Assembly (NCBI GenBank): GCA_051252135.1
Contig: JBPOGH010000002.1
Location: 96,001 to 160,000 of the forward strand
DNA length: 64,000 bases
Reading direction: 5' to 3'
Origin: Verrucomicrobiaceae bacterium
Lineage (GTDB): Bacteria > Verrucomicrobiota > Verrucomicrobiia > Verrucomicrobiales > Akkermansiaceae
The position numbers were made by a program, and so were the translations under genes. Every line of letters begins with the position of its first letter. Within the stretch, counting starts at the first letter, position 1. Below are positions 8,281 to 17,553 of the stretch, one piece after another. The notes below the pieces were generated by a model. That model searched no databases, was not told the origin of the DNA, and saw nothing but the letters and a program-made list of their open reading frames with translations.

Positions 8281-10896
8281 ATGATGAGGATGTTGAAAAT
8301 GAGAAGTGATTTGTTGAAAGGGTATCGGCCGGTTGCGGTGGTTCTCGGTTTGGCCGTGGTGGGGTCGGTTGGTTGGAAGTTGTTTCAGGGGAGTGGATTT
8401 GGAGAGGAGGCGGATCACGAGGTGGCGGTCGAGGAGCTGGTGGCCAGCGAGGAGTGGATGGAGTTTATGGGGGCGGAGATGAATGCGCTTGCGGGGAAGA
8501 TTGGTTCGCTTCCGGTTAGGGAGGGGGAGCCATTTTCAGCGATGGAGGGCGGAGTGACCGGTGAAGGGGTTGCGGGTCCGGTAAGGGAGGAGAAGGGGCC
8601 GGGCGGGGTGTCCTGGAAAGATTATGATTTCGGGACGGAAGCAGGAGATGGTGGTGCGGGTTTGTGGGGGTTTTTGGATGAGGAATTGGCGGAGGTGACG
8701 AAGGGGAAGTTTGGTTTTTTGAGGGGGGAGTTTACGGATGAGGCGAGGGAGGGCTTTTCGGCGAAGGTTATTTTTTCGGCAGAAGGGAAGGTTGGGGGAG
8801 GGGGAGTGGGAGCATTTGAGGCGGTGCAGGAAGTGCGGTGGACGCTGAAGGATGGAGGGCAGGCTCCTACGGCGGGGAATGATTATGTGATTGATCCCAA
8901 GGAATGGGAGATCACGGGATGGAAGATGGTGGAGGCGCGGCTGACGAAGGCGGAGAGGCCGCTATTTCGAGAGGTGACGCGGGAATTGATTCCGGATGAG
9001 GAGGATCAGAGGAGGATCGAATTTACGGATCACGCCTATTATTTGGGGAAGCTTTTTAAGGGAGAGGAGATTCCATTGAAGAGTGGATACGGACGTTATT
9101 TTACGACTGATGCGACGGCGCAGCATCCGGGGCTTTCGGTGGTGGATATTGATGGGGATGGGCGGGATGATCTTTATGTGTGTGTGCGGTTTGGGAGGAA
9201 TATGCTCTTTCGGGACCAGGGAGACGGGACCTTTAAGGAGGTGGCGGCGGATTATGGATTGGACCTGGAAGGGGTGAGTGCGGTGTCGTTATTTGCGGAT
9301 TTTGACAATGACGGGGATCAGGATGTGGTGGTGGGGAGATCGCTTGAGCGGAGTGTGTATTTGAGAAATGAAGGGGGGCGATTTGTGGATTGCTCGGAGT
9401 CGCATGTGGGTTCGCCGCTGCCTTATTTGACGACCTCGCTGGCGGCGGCGGATTTTAATGGGGATGGGTTGCTGGACCTCTACTTTTCGACTTATGGCTT
9501 TGCGATTCGGCAGCCAAGAGATCAGGTGGCGAAGGATTTTTTGGCGGATTATCCGGCTGGGGAAGTGACGGGACGGTTTGTGTCGCCGCCTGATGTGGAG
9601 CCGTATTTGAACCTACCCGGGCCACCGAATGTGTTGTTGGTGAACACGGGGGGCGGGAAGTTTGAGGTGTCGCCCTTGAGCGGGCAGGTGGCCGCGTGGC
9701 GGGAAACCTTGCAGGCGACGTGGGCGGATTATGATCAGGACGGTGATCCGGATTTGTATGTCTGTAACGACTTTGCGCCGGATGTGCTTTACCGGAACGA
9801 GGGAGGGGAGGGGTTTGTGGATGTGACGCGGGAGGTGGGGCACGAGCGGATGCGGGGGTTTGGGATGGGGGCGTCTTTTGGCGACTTCGACAACGATCAG
9901 GACCTCGATCTTTATGTTTCCAATATGTTCAGCAAGGCGGGGTTGCGGATTATTGACAAGGTGGGGATGAAGGATGAGCGCTTCCGGTGGTCGGCGGAGG
10001 GAAATTTGCTCTTCGACAATCGGTCGGGAGAGGGTTTTGGATTTTTGTCGGGAGAGGGTTCGCCCTTTGCGCCGGTGGCACGGGCGGATTGGTCGTGGGG
10101 CGGGCAGTTTTGTGATTTTGACAATGACGGGTTCCTGGACCTTTACGTGCCGAATGGATACTTTACGGCGCCGGAGGCATTTGCGGGGGAGGTTGATTTG
10201 TGAAGTTGCTACTGGCGCTCGGTCGTGCGCTCGGACAAGCAGTTGAACCCACGGTTCACAGGATCCCAGAAGTGGAATTTTGATCGGGGGACGGGAGGGA
10301 ATGTGACGAATGTGATCAAGAATCCCGATGGTTCCGAGAATGTGTGGACGGCGTTTTCCCACAGCGGGAAGGAGCGGAACCGGATGTTTTTGAATCAGGG
10401 AGGGAAGGGGTTTGTGAATGTGTCCGGGGTGAGCGGGGCGGATAGTGTGTTGGACGGGCGATCGTTTGTGATTTGGGATTTTAATCGCGATGGACGGTCG
10501 GATATTGCGATGGTGAATGCGAATCAGCGGCTGTTGCAAATTTTTGAGAATCAAGCTGCGGAGGAGCAAGGTTTTGTGGCCATCAGATTGGAGGGAGGCG
10601 GCCGGGAGGGAGATCCGGTGGGGGATTATTCAAACCGGGATGCGGTGGGGGCGCGGGTGACGATTGATTTGGGGACGCATCAGATTATGCGTGTACTTTC
10701 CTGCGGAGAGGGATTTGCTGCCCAGAATAGCCGGACAATTTTGGTGGGAGTGGGTAAATTTAACTCACCATTCAAGGTGAGGGTTGATTGGCCATCGGGA
10801 CGGGTGACTCTTGCTGAGTCGGTTACGCAAGGAGACCTTGTGAAGGTCTCCGAAATTTCAAGCAGGGTAGAAATATCGAGGCTCTCAGCCCAATAG
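8281..10896 (+). CDS. CRTAC1/ASPIC-UnbV FG-GAP repeat protein with in-frame TGA at 10201-10203; candidate selenoprotein (871 aa if read through)
   Basis: ORFs 8281-10203 and 10225-10896 are in the same frame (offset 1944 = 648 codons), separated only by TGA plus 7 sense codons. Read-through gives NGYFTAPEAFAGEVDL*SCYWRSVV, aligning with NGHVSGKSADDYCSTFWRHDI in paralog 34062-36389. The downstream part supplies the last repeat and the ASPIC-UnbV domain (SNRDAVGARV..GEGFAAQNS..GVG..VDWPSG). Confidence 0.8.
10204..10244 (+). promoter_or_regulatory. Putative bacterial SECIS element
   Basis: Lower stem AGTTGCT (10204-10210)/AGCAGTT (10238-10244); upper stem GGCGC (10214-10218)/GCGCT (10227-10231), U.U mismatch, C-G closing pair, apical loop GGTC (10221-10224) separated from the TGA by 17 nt. 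Confidence 0.65.
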
Positions 10897-10926
10897 GGGC
10901 CTTTTTACTTGCAGGAGTGTGTAAAT

Positions 10927-10952
10927 TTGTGCAATTTCTAGGGGTTGCACAA
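10927..10952. promoter_or_regulatory. Operator-like inverted repeat upstream of PEP-CTERM gene
   Basis: TTGTGCAA-N10-TTGCACAA, about 30 bp before ATG 10984, in AT-rich intergenic DNA. Confidence 0.4.
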
Positions 10953-10983
10953 TTTTGCAATTAAAGGAACTAAAGAAAACATC

Positions 10984-11604
10984 ATGAAAAACAAAAATAT
11001 TGGTTATCTTGCGCTCGGCCTTATGGCTGCGGCGGCACCTGCTGCGAATGCGGCCGGGACAATTGTTGGGGGTGACTTTGAAGGAGTCACTCTCGTAGAC
11101 GATGGCAGCGGCGTCGGTAAATTTGGCCCATTCACTGGAAATGCGGCTTCGACCTATAGCGTGTCTACCACCAATCCACACACCGGTGCCGAGGCAATGG
11201 ATCTTGATATTGGTGGAGTTGCCAACTCTTTCGTGGGTGTGTTCCAGGATGTGACCATTGCTCCTCTGGAGACCATCAACTACAGCCTCTTTCACGCGGC
11301 AAATGTTGCGGCAGCCGGTGCGATTGAGATTCGTATCGAGTGGCGTGATTCTGTGAACAATGTGGAGATTTCCCGCACCGGTAACTCCACTCCAAGCCCG
11401 GGCACTTCCTATGAGCTTTTCTCACTGGTTGAGACGGCTCCAGCAGGTGCTGACACGGCACGAGTTGTGTATGCCCTCCAGAGCTTTGGCGGGAATACCA
11501 CGATTGCGGCTAACGTCGATGATATCACCGTAATCCCAGAGCCTACGTCTTCGCTTCTTGCTGGATTGAGTGCCTTGGGTCTCATGATTCGTCGTCGTCG
11601 ATAG
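10984..11604 (+). CDS. PEP-CTERM protein (CBM/jelly-roll-like passenger)
   Basis: Signal MKNKNIGYLALGLMAAAAPAANA; GGDFE..; C-terminus IPEPTSSLLAGLSALGLMIRRRR. Confidence 0.9.
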   Translation: MKNKNIGYLALGLMAAAAPAANAAGTIVGGDFEGVTLVDDGSGVGKFGPFTGNAASTYSVSTTNPHTGAEAMDLDIGGVANSFVGVFQDVTIAPLETINYSLFHAANVAAAGAIEIRIEWRDSVNNVEISRTGNSTPSPGTSYELFSLVETAPAGADTARVVYALQSFGGNTTIAANVDDITVIPEPTSSLLAGLSALGLMIRRRR

Positions 11605-11631
11605 ACGCGATTTGTTCATTGTATTCGTAGG

Positions 11632-11663
11632 AAACGGCGGCCCCACCGGGGTCGCCGTTTTTT
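11632..11663 (+). terminator. Rho-independent terminator
   Basis: AAACGGCGGCCCC-ACC-GGGGTCGCCGTTT followed by T run. Confidence 0.8.
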
Positions 11664-11673
11664 AATGCGGGTT

Positions 11674-11877
11674 GTGGAGCGGTATGAGGATGGGCGGGTG
11701 CACCTTAACAATTTGAAGGATGACCTCGGGGAGCGGAAGGATGTGAAGGGGGCGCACGGGGCCCGGGTGGAGGAGATGCGGGCGAAGCTGCACGCGTGGT
11801 ATCGCGAGGTGGATGCGAAGTTCCTGCAGAAGAAGAAAGGGCAGGAGGAGAAGCCGTGGAGGCCGGGGAAAGGGTGA
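11674..11877 (+). repeat. 204-bp direct repeat, copy 2 (orphan sulfatase C-terminal fragment, pseudogene remnant)
   Basis: Encodes VERYEDGRVHLNNLKDD...PWRPGKG*, nearly identical to the last 67 aa of sulfatase 6795-8231. Confidence 0.95.
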
Positions 11878-11895
11878 ACGGATTGGTTGGGGAGG

Positions 11896-11924
11896 AGCGG
11901 TCAGGAATACCCACTCTCCTTATT
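11896..11924. repeat. REP-like palindrome (copy 2, degenerate)
   Basis: AGCGGTCAGGAATACCCACTCTCCTTATT, similar to 4924-4951; both sit right after a minus-strand stop codon. Confidence 0.45.
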
Positions 11925-14897
11925 TTAGAGCGGGCGAATTTGGACGTTGCGGAAGTGGACGTCGGCGCCGTGGTCCTGGAATTGGATCCAGCTGGCTTGG
12001 GTGCCGTAGTTTTCGATCTCGCGGTATTTGCTCTTTTGGAAGGAGGCCTTCCACTTGGGGCTGCCGATTTCGACTTCGAGGACTTTGACGTTGTTGAGCC
12101 AGTGTTCGAGGTGGTTGCCTTTGGCGACGATGCGGCCTTTGTTCCACTGGCCGGCGGGGTGGTAGGGTTTATCCGCGATGGGGGCGACGAGATCGTAGAG
12201 AGCGGCGGCGGATGAGTTGGGGGTTTTTCCGCGGACGTGGCGTTGGTCATCGAGGATTTGATATTCGAGGCCCCGGCCATTTCCGCTGCGGTAGATGACG
12301 CCGCTGTTTCCGGCGTTGGAGATGTTCCACTCGAAGCGGAGTTCGAAGTCCTGATATTTTCCTTTGGTTCCCATGCCGCCGGTTTTGAGGGGGCCGCGGG
12401 AGGCGACGCCGTCCTTGATGGTCCATTGGCCTTCCTTCTTATTGGTGTGCCATTGGGAGAGGTCGCCGTTTTGGAAGAGGTCAATGAAGGCGGTTTCCTT
12501 GGGGCGGGGTTTGACGACGTTGTAGCGGAGGGTGTGGCCCATGAGGGGGTGGCCTTTGTCGTCGGTGGCGTCGCTGAGCTCGATGGTGTAGAGGCGTCGG
12601 GGGGTGATCTGGGGGAGGGTGATGGTGAGGGTTTTGCGGTCGGCGGAGAGTGTTGTTCCGGTGGGGGTGACGTGTTGGAGGTCGACTTTTGGGGAGCCGT
12701 AATCCTGATGGTAGTGGTAGGTGTGGCGGGAGATTTGTGAGGTGGGGGTGGATTTGAGGGGGCGGTTGAAGGTGACTTGGAAACCGTCGGGGAGGAGGGA
12801 AACCCCGGTGGCGAGGAGGGGTTGGGTTTTATTGAAGGTGATTTTTTTGATGCCTTCATCGCCGGCCCATTTGATGTGGGTTTTTCCGATCCAGAGCTGG
12901 CCTCTTTGATCGAAGGTGAGGCGGTGGTTGCCGATGCCGAGGTCGGTGCTGAAGAGGAAGGGGATGAGGGTGCCTTGTTGGGTGCCGTCGACTTCATCGG
13001 GGAGGAAGCGGATGAGTTGGGGCTGGTTCATGTCGCCGATGAGGAGTTCGCCTTCGGGGAGGCCAAAGAGCTCAGGGTCGATGGTGTTGATGGGTTGGGT
13101 GGGGGAGTTGGCGAGTTCTCCGTGGGGGAAGAGGGCGGCGGCGGGGGTGCGCATTTTTTCGAGTTCTTCGACGGGGATTTCGAGGGGGTTGCGGGTCCAT
13201 CCCTTTTCCCAGACGAGGGAGGCGGGGTGGCCGTAGAAGTTTCCTTTGGTGACGTGGTAGAGGGGGTTGGTGCCGCGCCAGTCGCCCTGGTTATCGGTGA
13301 TCCAGAGGCGGTCATTTTCATCGACGTGGATGCCATCGGGCGAGCGGAAGCCGGAGGCGAAGGGGATGGTTTTGCCATCGGGGGTGATCTGGAGGACCCA
13401 GCCGCGGTAGGGAACGCGGGAGTACATGCGGCCGGCTTTGGCTTTGTTTTTCTCCCAGGCCTTGGGGTCGTTTTTGACAATGTGGAGTTCGCGTTCGAGG
13501 CCGATGGGATTCCAGGGTCCGCGGACGATGTCCTGGATGCCGGCGCCATTGGAGGCGACGTTGAGGGAGATGTAGAGGTTGCCCTTGGAGTCGCGGGCGG
13601 GGCCGTAGACGAACTCGTGGTAGTTGCCGGTGATGCCGAAGGTGTTGCAGAGGTTTTGGTAGTGGTCGGCGAGGCCGTCCTGATCTGTGTCAGTGAGGCG
13701 GGTGAGCTCAGCCCATTGGGTGACGATGAGTGAGCCGTCGGTGTCCTCGAGAATGCCGAGGGGGAGGGCGAGGCCGCGGGCGAAGAGGGACCAGGATTGT
13801 GTTTCGGGGGAGTAGATTTGGATTTCGCCGCTGTTGAAGCAGGTGGCGATACGGCCATCGCGGAGGGTGGTGAGGCCACCGATTTGGTGGTCGACGGTGG
13901 CGGGGACGGGGATGTTTTGGAAGGTGTAGTAGTGGTTCCAGTCGGCGGGATCGGAGGCGGGGGTGGTGGGAGGCGAGACGGGACGGGGAGCGGGAGGCTC
14001 GGGGAAGGAAGAGGGTTTGGGGGTCTGCCAGTTGTGGTGGGTGACGGTGAGGGTGAAGGATTTTGCGTCTTCGGCGCTGAGGTGGAGTTTGGAGTCTTTG
14101 ATGATTCCTTTGTCCGAGGTGAGGGTGGCTTTTCCTTGGGAGCTCAGGTCGAGGACGAGGGGGGCGGTGATGTGTTGAATCTGGAAATGGCGGGAGAAGG
14201 CGCCGGGGGTGGAGTGGGAGGTGAGGTGTTCGTTGATTTGGACGGAGCCGATGCGGTAGGAGAATACGGGGTGTTGATCGATGAGGTGGTAGCCGAGGAA
14301 TTCGGGTTTTCCGGGGAAGGGGAAGAGGGCGGCGGAGGTTTCGCGGTAGTAGGGCTTGTTGGGAAGGGCGGCGGGGCGCCACATGCTGAAGAGGTTTGTT
14401 TTGGTGCCGAGGTAGGCGTAGCGGAGGCGGCAGGCTTCGGTGTCCCAGCAGGCGGTGAGGCCGTTTTCGAGAACGACGGCGATCGAGGCGGGGGAGGAGT
14501 CGGGCATGGAGGTGCGGGCGACGTAGGGGAGGGGGCGTTTGGGTTCCTTGAAGGCGGGAAAGAGTGAGCCGCGTTTTTTCTCCGCGACGCCCTTGGTGGC
14601 GGTGAGGAGGTAGTCGTGGATGAGGGCGAGGTCGGCGTCGGGGACGTGTGCCATGGAAGGCATTTGGATGAGCTTGGGGTTCTTTTTGCCCGGAGCTTTG
14701 GCCCATGCGATGAAGTCGGTGTCCTTGGAGGCCGGGTAGTTTTCGGCGATGTAGACGAGTGAGGGGCCGACGACTTCGTTGGCGAGGAGGTGGCAGGCGG
14801 CGCAGTTGATCTTGTAAAGTTGCTCGCCGGGGTGGGGGGCTTTGTCTTGGGCGAGAAGGGGAAGGGAGAGGGCGATGAGGAGAGAGAGGAACTTCAT
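11925..14897 (-). CDS. Multidomain secreted protein: cytochrome c + sorbosone-dehydrogenase-like beta-propeller + DUF1080 (3-keto-disaccharide hydrolase-like)
   Basis: CAACH heme motif and GPSL at N-terminus; ASGFRSPDG, TDNQGDW propeller motifs; C-terminal LFQNGDLSQW..DFELRFEW..NSG..EYQILDD..QDHG..FRNVQIRPL. Confidence 0.8.
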   Translation of the reverse strand: MKFLSLLIALSLPLLAQDKAPHPGEQLYKINCAACHLLANEVVGPSLVYIAENYPASKDTDFIAWAKAPGKKNPKLIQMPSMAHVPDADLALIHDYLLTATKGVAEKKRGSLFPAFKEPKRPLPYVARTSMPDSSPASIAVVLENGLTACWDTEACRLRYAYLGTKTNLFSMWRPAALPNKPYYRETSAALFPFPGKPEFLGYHLIDQHPVFSYRIGSVQINEHLTSHSTPGAFSRHFQIQHITAPLVLDLSSQGKATLTSDKGIIKDSKLHLSAEDAKSFTLTVTHHNWQTPKPSSFPEPPAPRPVSPPTTPASDPADWNHYYTFQNIPVPATVDHQIGGLTTLRDGRIATCFNSGEIQIYSPETQSWSLFARGLALPLGILEDTDGSLIVTQWAELTRLTDTDQDGLADHYQNLCNTFGITGNYHEFVYGPARDSKGNLYISLNVASNGAGIQDIVRGPWNPIGLERELHIVKNDPKAWEKNKAKAGRMYSRVPYRGWVLQITPDGKTIPFASGFRSPDGIHVDENDRLWITDNQGDWRGTNPLYHVTKGNFYGHPASLVWEKGWTRNPLEIPVEELEKMRTPAAALFPHGELANSPTQPINTIDPELFGLPEGELLIGDMNQPQLIRFLPDEVDGTQQGTLIPFLFSTDLGIGNHRLTFDQRGQLWIGKTHIKWAGDEGIKKITFNKTQPLLATGVSLLPDGFQVTFNRPLKSTPTSQISRHTYHYHQDYGSPKVDLQHVTPTGTTLSADRKTLTITLPQITPRRLYTIELSDATDDKGHPLMGHTLRYNVVKPRPKETAFIDLFQNGDLSQWHTNKKEGQWTIKDGVASRGPLKTGGMGTKGKYQDFELRFEWNISNAGNSGVIYRSGNGRGLEYQILDDQRHVRGKTPNSSAAALYDLVAPIADKPYHPAGQWNKGRIVAKGNHLEHWLNNVKVLEVEIGSPKWKASFQKSKYREIENYGTQASWIQFQDHGADVHFRNVQIRPL

Positions 14898-14984
14898 GGG
14901 AGAAGGAAAAGGTGCGTGAGAGACAGAAAGGGATACCTCGGTGAAACCGGGATTTTGCAGAAATTTTCCGCTAAAATTGCAGCG

Positions 14985-16199
14985 CTACTTGGCGGTGGAA
15001 GAGACGAGCTTGCCGTCGATGATGACGTGGGTGGTGTGAGTAGTGGTCTCGAGGGGGTCGCCATCGAAAAGGGCGAGGTCGGCGTGCTTGCCGACTTCGA
15101 GCGAGCCGATCTTGTCATCGAGGCCAAGAATCTTGGCCGGATAGATGGTGCAGGCGGCGAGGGCGATTTCTTGTGGGAGGCCGTAGGCGGCGGCGAGGGC
15201 GGCCTCGAAGTGGACGACGCGGGTTTTGGGGACGTAGGTCTCGTAGCCGGACTGGAAGGCGAAGGGGATGCCTTTTTTATGGAGCTGGGCGGCGAGAGTG
15301 AAGGTCATGTTTTCGAGATCGCCGAAGGGGCGGCCCATGGTGGGGTGGACGATGACGGGGATATCGGCGGCTTTAATTTCGTCGAGGAGGAGGTAGGCTT
15401 CGGCGGCCCCATCGAGGATGAGATCGAAGCCGAACTCCTCGCGAAGGCGGAGGGCGGAGGCGATGTCCTGATGGCGTTGGGCATTGATGAGGAGCGGGGT
15501 CTTTTTGTTGAGGATGTCGACGAGAGTGAGGAGCTTGATGTTAGCATCAGGGGCGTTTTTTTCGTCATCTTCCTGGGCGGCGGTGATCTTGTTCGCGTGT
15601 GCTTGGGCTTTGAGGAGTTCGGCGCGAAGGAGGGCGATGGCCTTGGAGCGGGTGCCGGGTGATTTGGAGAGAGCGCCGGAGCCGAGAGTGGCCGCGACGG
15701 CGGAGGTGGGGACGAGGGTGTCGTTGACGGAAGTGATGGAGGGGACGTTTGTTTTAACGACCATGAGTTGGCCGGAGATGAGGGCGCCGGGGGCGTGGCC
15801 GGTGTTGATGGTGGTGACGCCGAGATCGCGGAGCCATTTCACGAGAGGGTCGCGGCCATTGTAGGCATCGATAGCGCGGAGCTCGGGCTGGATGGGCTCA
15901 GATTTTTCGAGCTGTTCCTGGTCGTGTATGGGCGAGTTGAGGATGCCGGAGAGGCCGACGGTGGCGTGGGCATCGATGATACCGGGGGTGGCGACTTTTG
16001 CGGTGAGGATTTGGTATCCTTCCGGGATTTTAATGTCGTTGCCGACCGCCTCAATGGTGCCATCGGCTGCGCAGAGGACGACGCCATTTTTGATGGGCTT
16101 GAGATCGCCGGTCATGGTGAAGAGGAGATCGGCCCGGATGGCGATCTGGGCGTGGACCGCAGTGAGGGAAAGGAGGGAGATGAGGAGAGACTTGATCAT
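14985..16199 (-). CDS. Amidohydrolase family protein (degenerate metal site)
   Basis: PGIIDAHATVG (second His of HxH absent), GSLEVGKHADLALFDGDP. Confidence 0.85.
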   Translation of the reverse strand: MIKSLLISLLSLTAVHAQIAIRADLLFTMTGDLKPIKNGVVLCAADGTIEAVGNDIKIPEGYQILTAKVATPGIIDAHATVGLSGILNSPIHDQEQLEKSEPIQPELRAIDAYNGRDPLVKWLRDLGVTTINTGHAPGALISGQLMVVKTNVPSITSVNDTLVPTSAVAATLGSGALSKSPGTRSKAIALLRAELLKAQAHANKITAAQEDDEKNAPDANIKLLTLVDILNKKTPLLINAQRHQDIASALRLREEFGFDLILDGAAEAYLLLDEIKAADIPVIVHPTMGRPFGDLENMTFTLAAQLHKKGIPFAFQSGYETYVPKTRVVHFEAALAAAYGLPQEIALAACTIYPAKILGLDDKIGSLEVGKHADLALFDGDPLETTTHTTHVIIDGKLVSSTAK

Positions 16200-16218
16200 C
16201 GGAAAAGGGGCTTAGATT

Positions 16219-17553
16219 TTAGCGGTAGAAGCAGCAGCCGGTGGCTTGGCGATTGTGGCCGGCACCGTAGCCACCCTCGGCGAAGAGGCGATCCTGCGGG
16301 TCTTCGAGGTCGAAGACTTGTTGGCCCTCGATGTGGGTTTCGAGGACGCGGGTGTAGATGGAAAAGGGGTCACCGGAGAGGAGGACGAAGTCGGCTTGCT
16401 TGCCGGGTTCGAGGGAGCCGATGGATTGGTCGAGGTCGAGCATCTTGGCTCCGGAGAGGGTGAGTGCTTCGAGGGCTTTTTCGCGGGACATGCCGGCGCG
16501 GACGCCGATGGCGGCATTGCGAAGAAACCAGCGGGAGTCGTTGATGGGGTCATCGGTGTGGAAGGCGGTGAGGACGCCGCGCTTTTCAAGCTCGGCTCCG
16601 TTGCGCCATTCGAGATCACGGGCTTCGAGTTTACCGCCGGGGGAGTCGAGGAAGATGATGGAGCAGGCGACGTCGGCCGCTGCGATTTCATCGGCGACCT
16701 TCCAGGCTTCGGAGACGTGGTGGAGGACGACCTTGAAGCCAAACTCTTCTTTTAAGCGGAGGACGGTGAGGATGTCATCGTGGCGGTGGGTGTGGTGGTG
16801 GACGGTGCGCTTGCCCTCGAGGATGTCGGCAAGGGTTTCGAGGGCGAGGTCGCGCTCAAAGGGTTTTTCGGGATCCTCCTCCTCGAGGTTCTTGGCGCGC
16901 TTTTTTTGGTAAGCTTGGGCATCGAGGAATTTTTGGCGGACGAGGGCGGCGGACTTGGCGCGGGTGCCGGGGAAGGGGCCGCTTTCGCGAATGGAGTTGG
17001 TGCCGTTGGCCATTTTTACGCCGTAGGCGAGGGAGCCATCGGGGAGTTTGATGGAGAGGTCCTCGACAGTGTTGCCCTTGCGGAGCTTGAGGTAGATGGT
17101 CTGGCCGGAGAGGAGGTGGCCGGATCCGGACATGAGGTTGACGGTGGTGATGCCGCCGGCGCGTGCTTTGTTGATGGAGGTATCGCGGACGTTAATAGAA
17201 TCGAGAACGCGGACTTCGGGTTGGATGGGAGAGGAGGAGTCGGCGCCGGCGACCGAGCCGATGTGGGAGTGGGTGCAGATGAGGCCGGGGATGATGGTTT
17301 TGCCGGTGGCGTCGATGCGCCGGGCGTTGGCAGGGATGTCGACTTGATCGGCAGGGCCGACGGAAAGTATGGTGTCGCCCTCAATGACGATGGTGGCATT
17401 CTCGATCCTGGGAGAGGAGACCGGGTAGATCGTGGCGTTGGTGTAGGCGTGGATGGTGGGCTCGGGGGCGGGAGTTTCCTGAGCGGAGGAAAAGATGAGC
17501 GGGAAGGCGATGACGGGCGCCAAGGCGAGGGCGAGAAGCTTGCGAGAACGCAT
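16219..17553 (-). CDS. Amidohydrolase family protein
   Basis: PGLICTHSHIG, KMANGTN, HHHTHRHDD, HTDD, GSLEPGKQADFVLLSGDP; signal peptide. Confidence 0.88.
   Translation of the reverse strand: MRSRKLLALALAPVIAFPLIFSSAQETPAPEPTIHAYTNATIYPVSSPRIENATIVIEGDTILSVGPADQVDIPANARRIDATGKTIIPGLICTHSHIGSVAGADSSSPIQPEVRVLDSINVRDTSINKARAGGITTVNLMSGSGHLLSGQTIYLKLRKGNTVEDLSIKLPDGSLAYGVKMANGTNSIRESGPFPGTRAKSAALVRQKFLDAQAYQKKRAKNLEEEDPEKPFERDLALETLADILEGKRTVHHHTHRHDDILTVLRLKEEFGFKVVLHHVSEAWKVADEIAAADVACSIIFLDSPGGKLEARDLEWRNGAELEKRGVLTAFHTDDPINDSRWFLRNAAIGVRAGMSREKALEALTLSGAKMLDLDQSIGSLEPGKQADFVLLSGDPFSIYTRVLETHIEGQQVFDLEDPQDRLFAEGGYGAGHNRQATGCCFYR

Noticed and set aside
10225..10896. Independent 223-aa gene starting at GTG 10225
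   Set aside because: In frame with the upstream ORF, no clear ribosome-binding site, start lies inside the SECIS-like hairpin, and the sequence is the C-terminal part of the family. A true split gene or nonsense pseudogene remains a less favoured alternative.
11665..11877. 70-aa small protein
   Set aside because: It is the duplicated sulfatase C-terminus with no catalytic residues; treated as a repeat.
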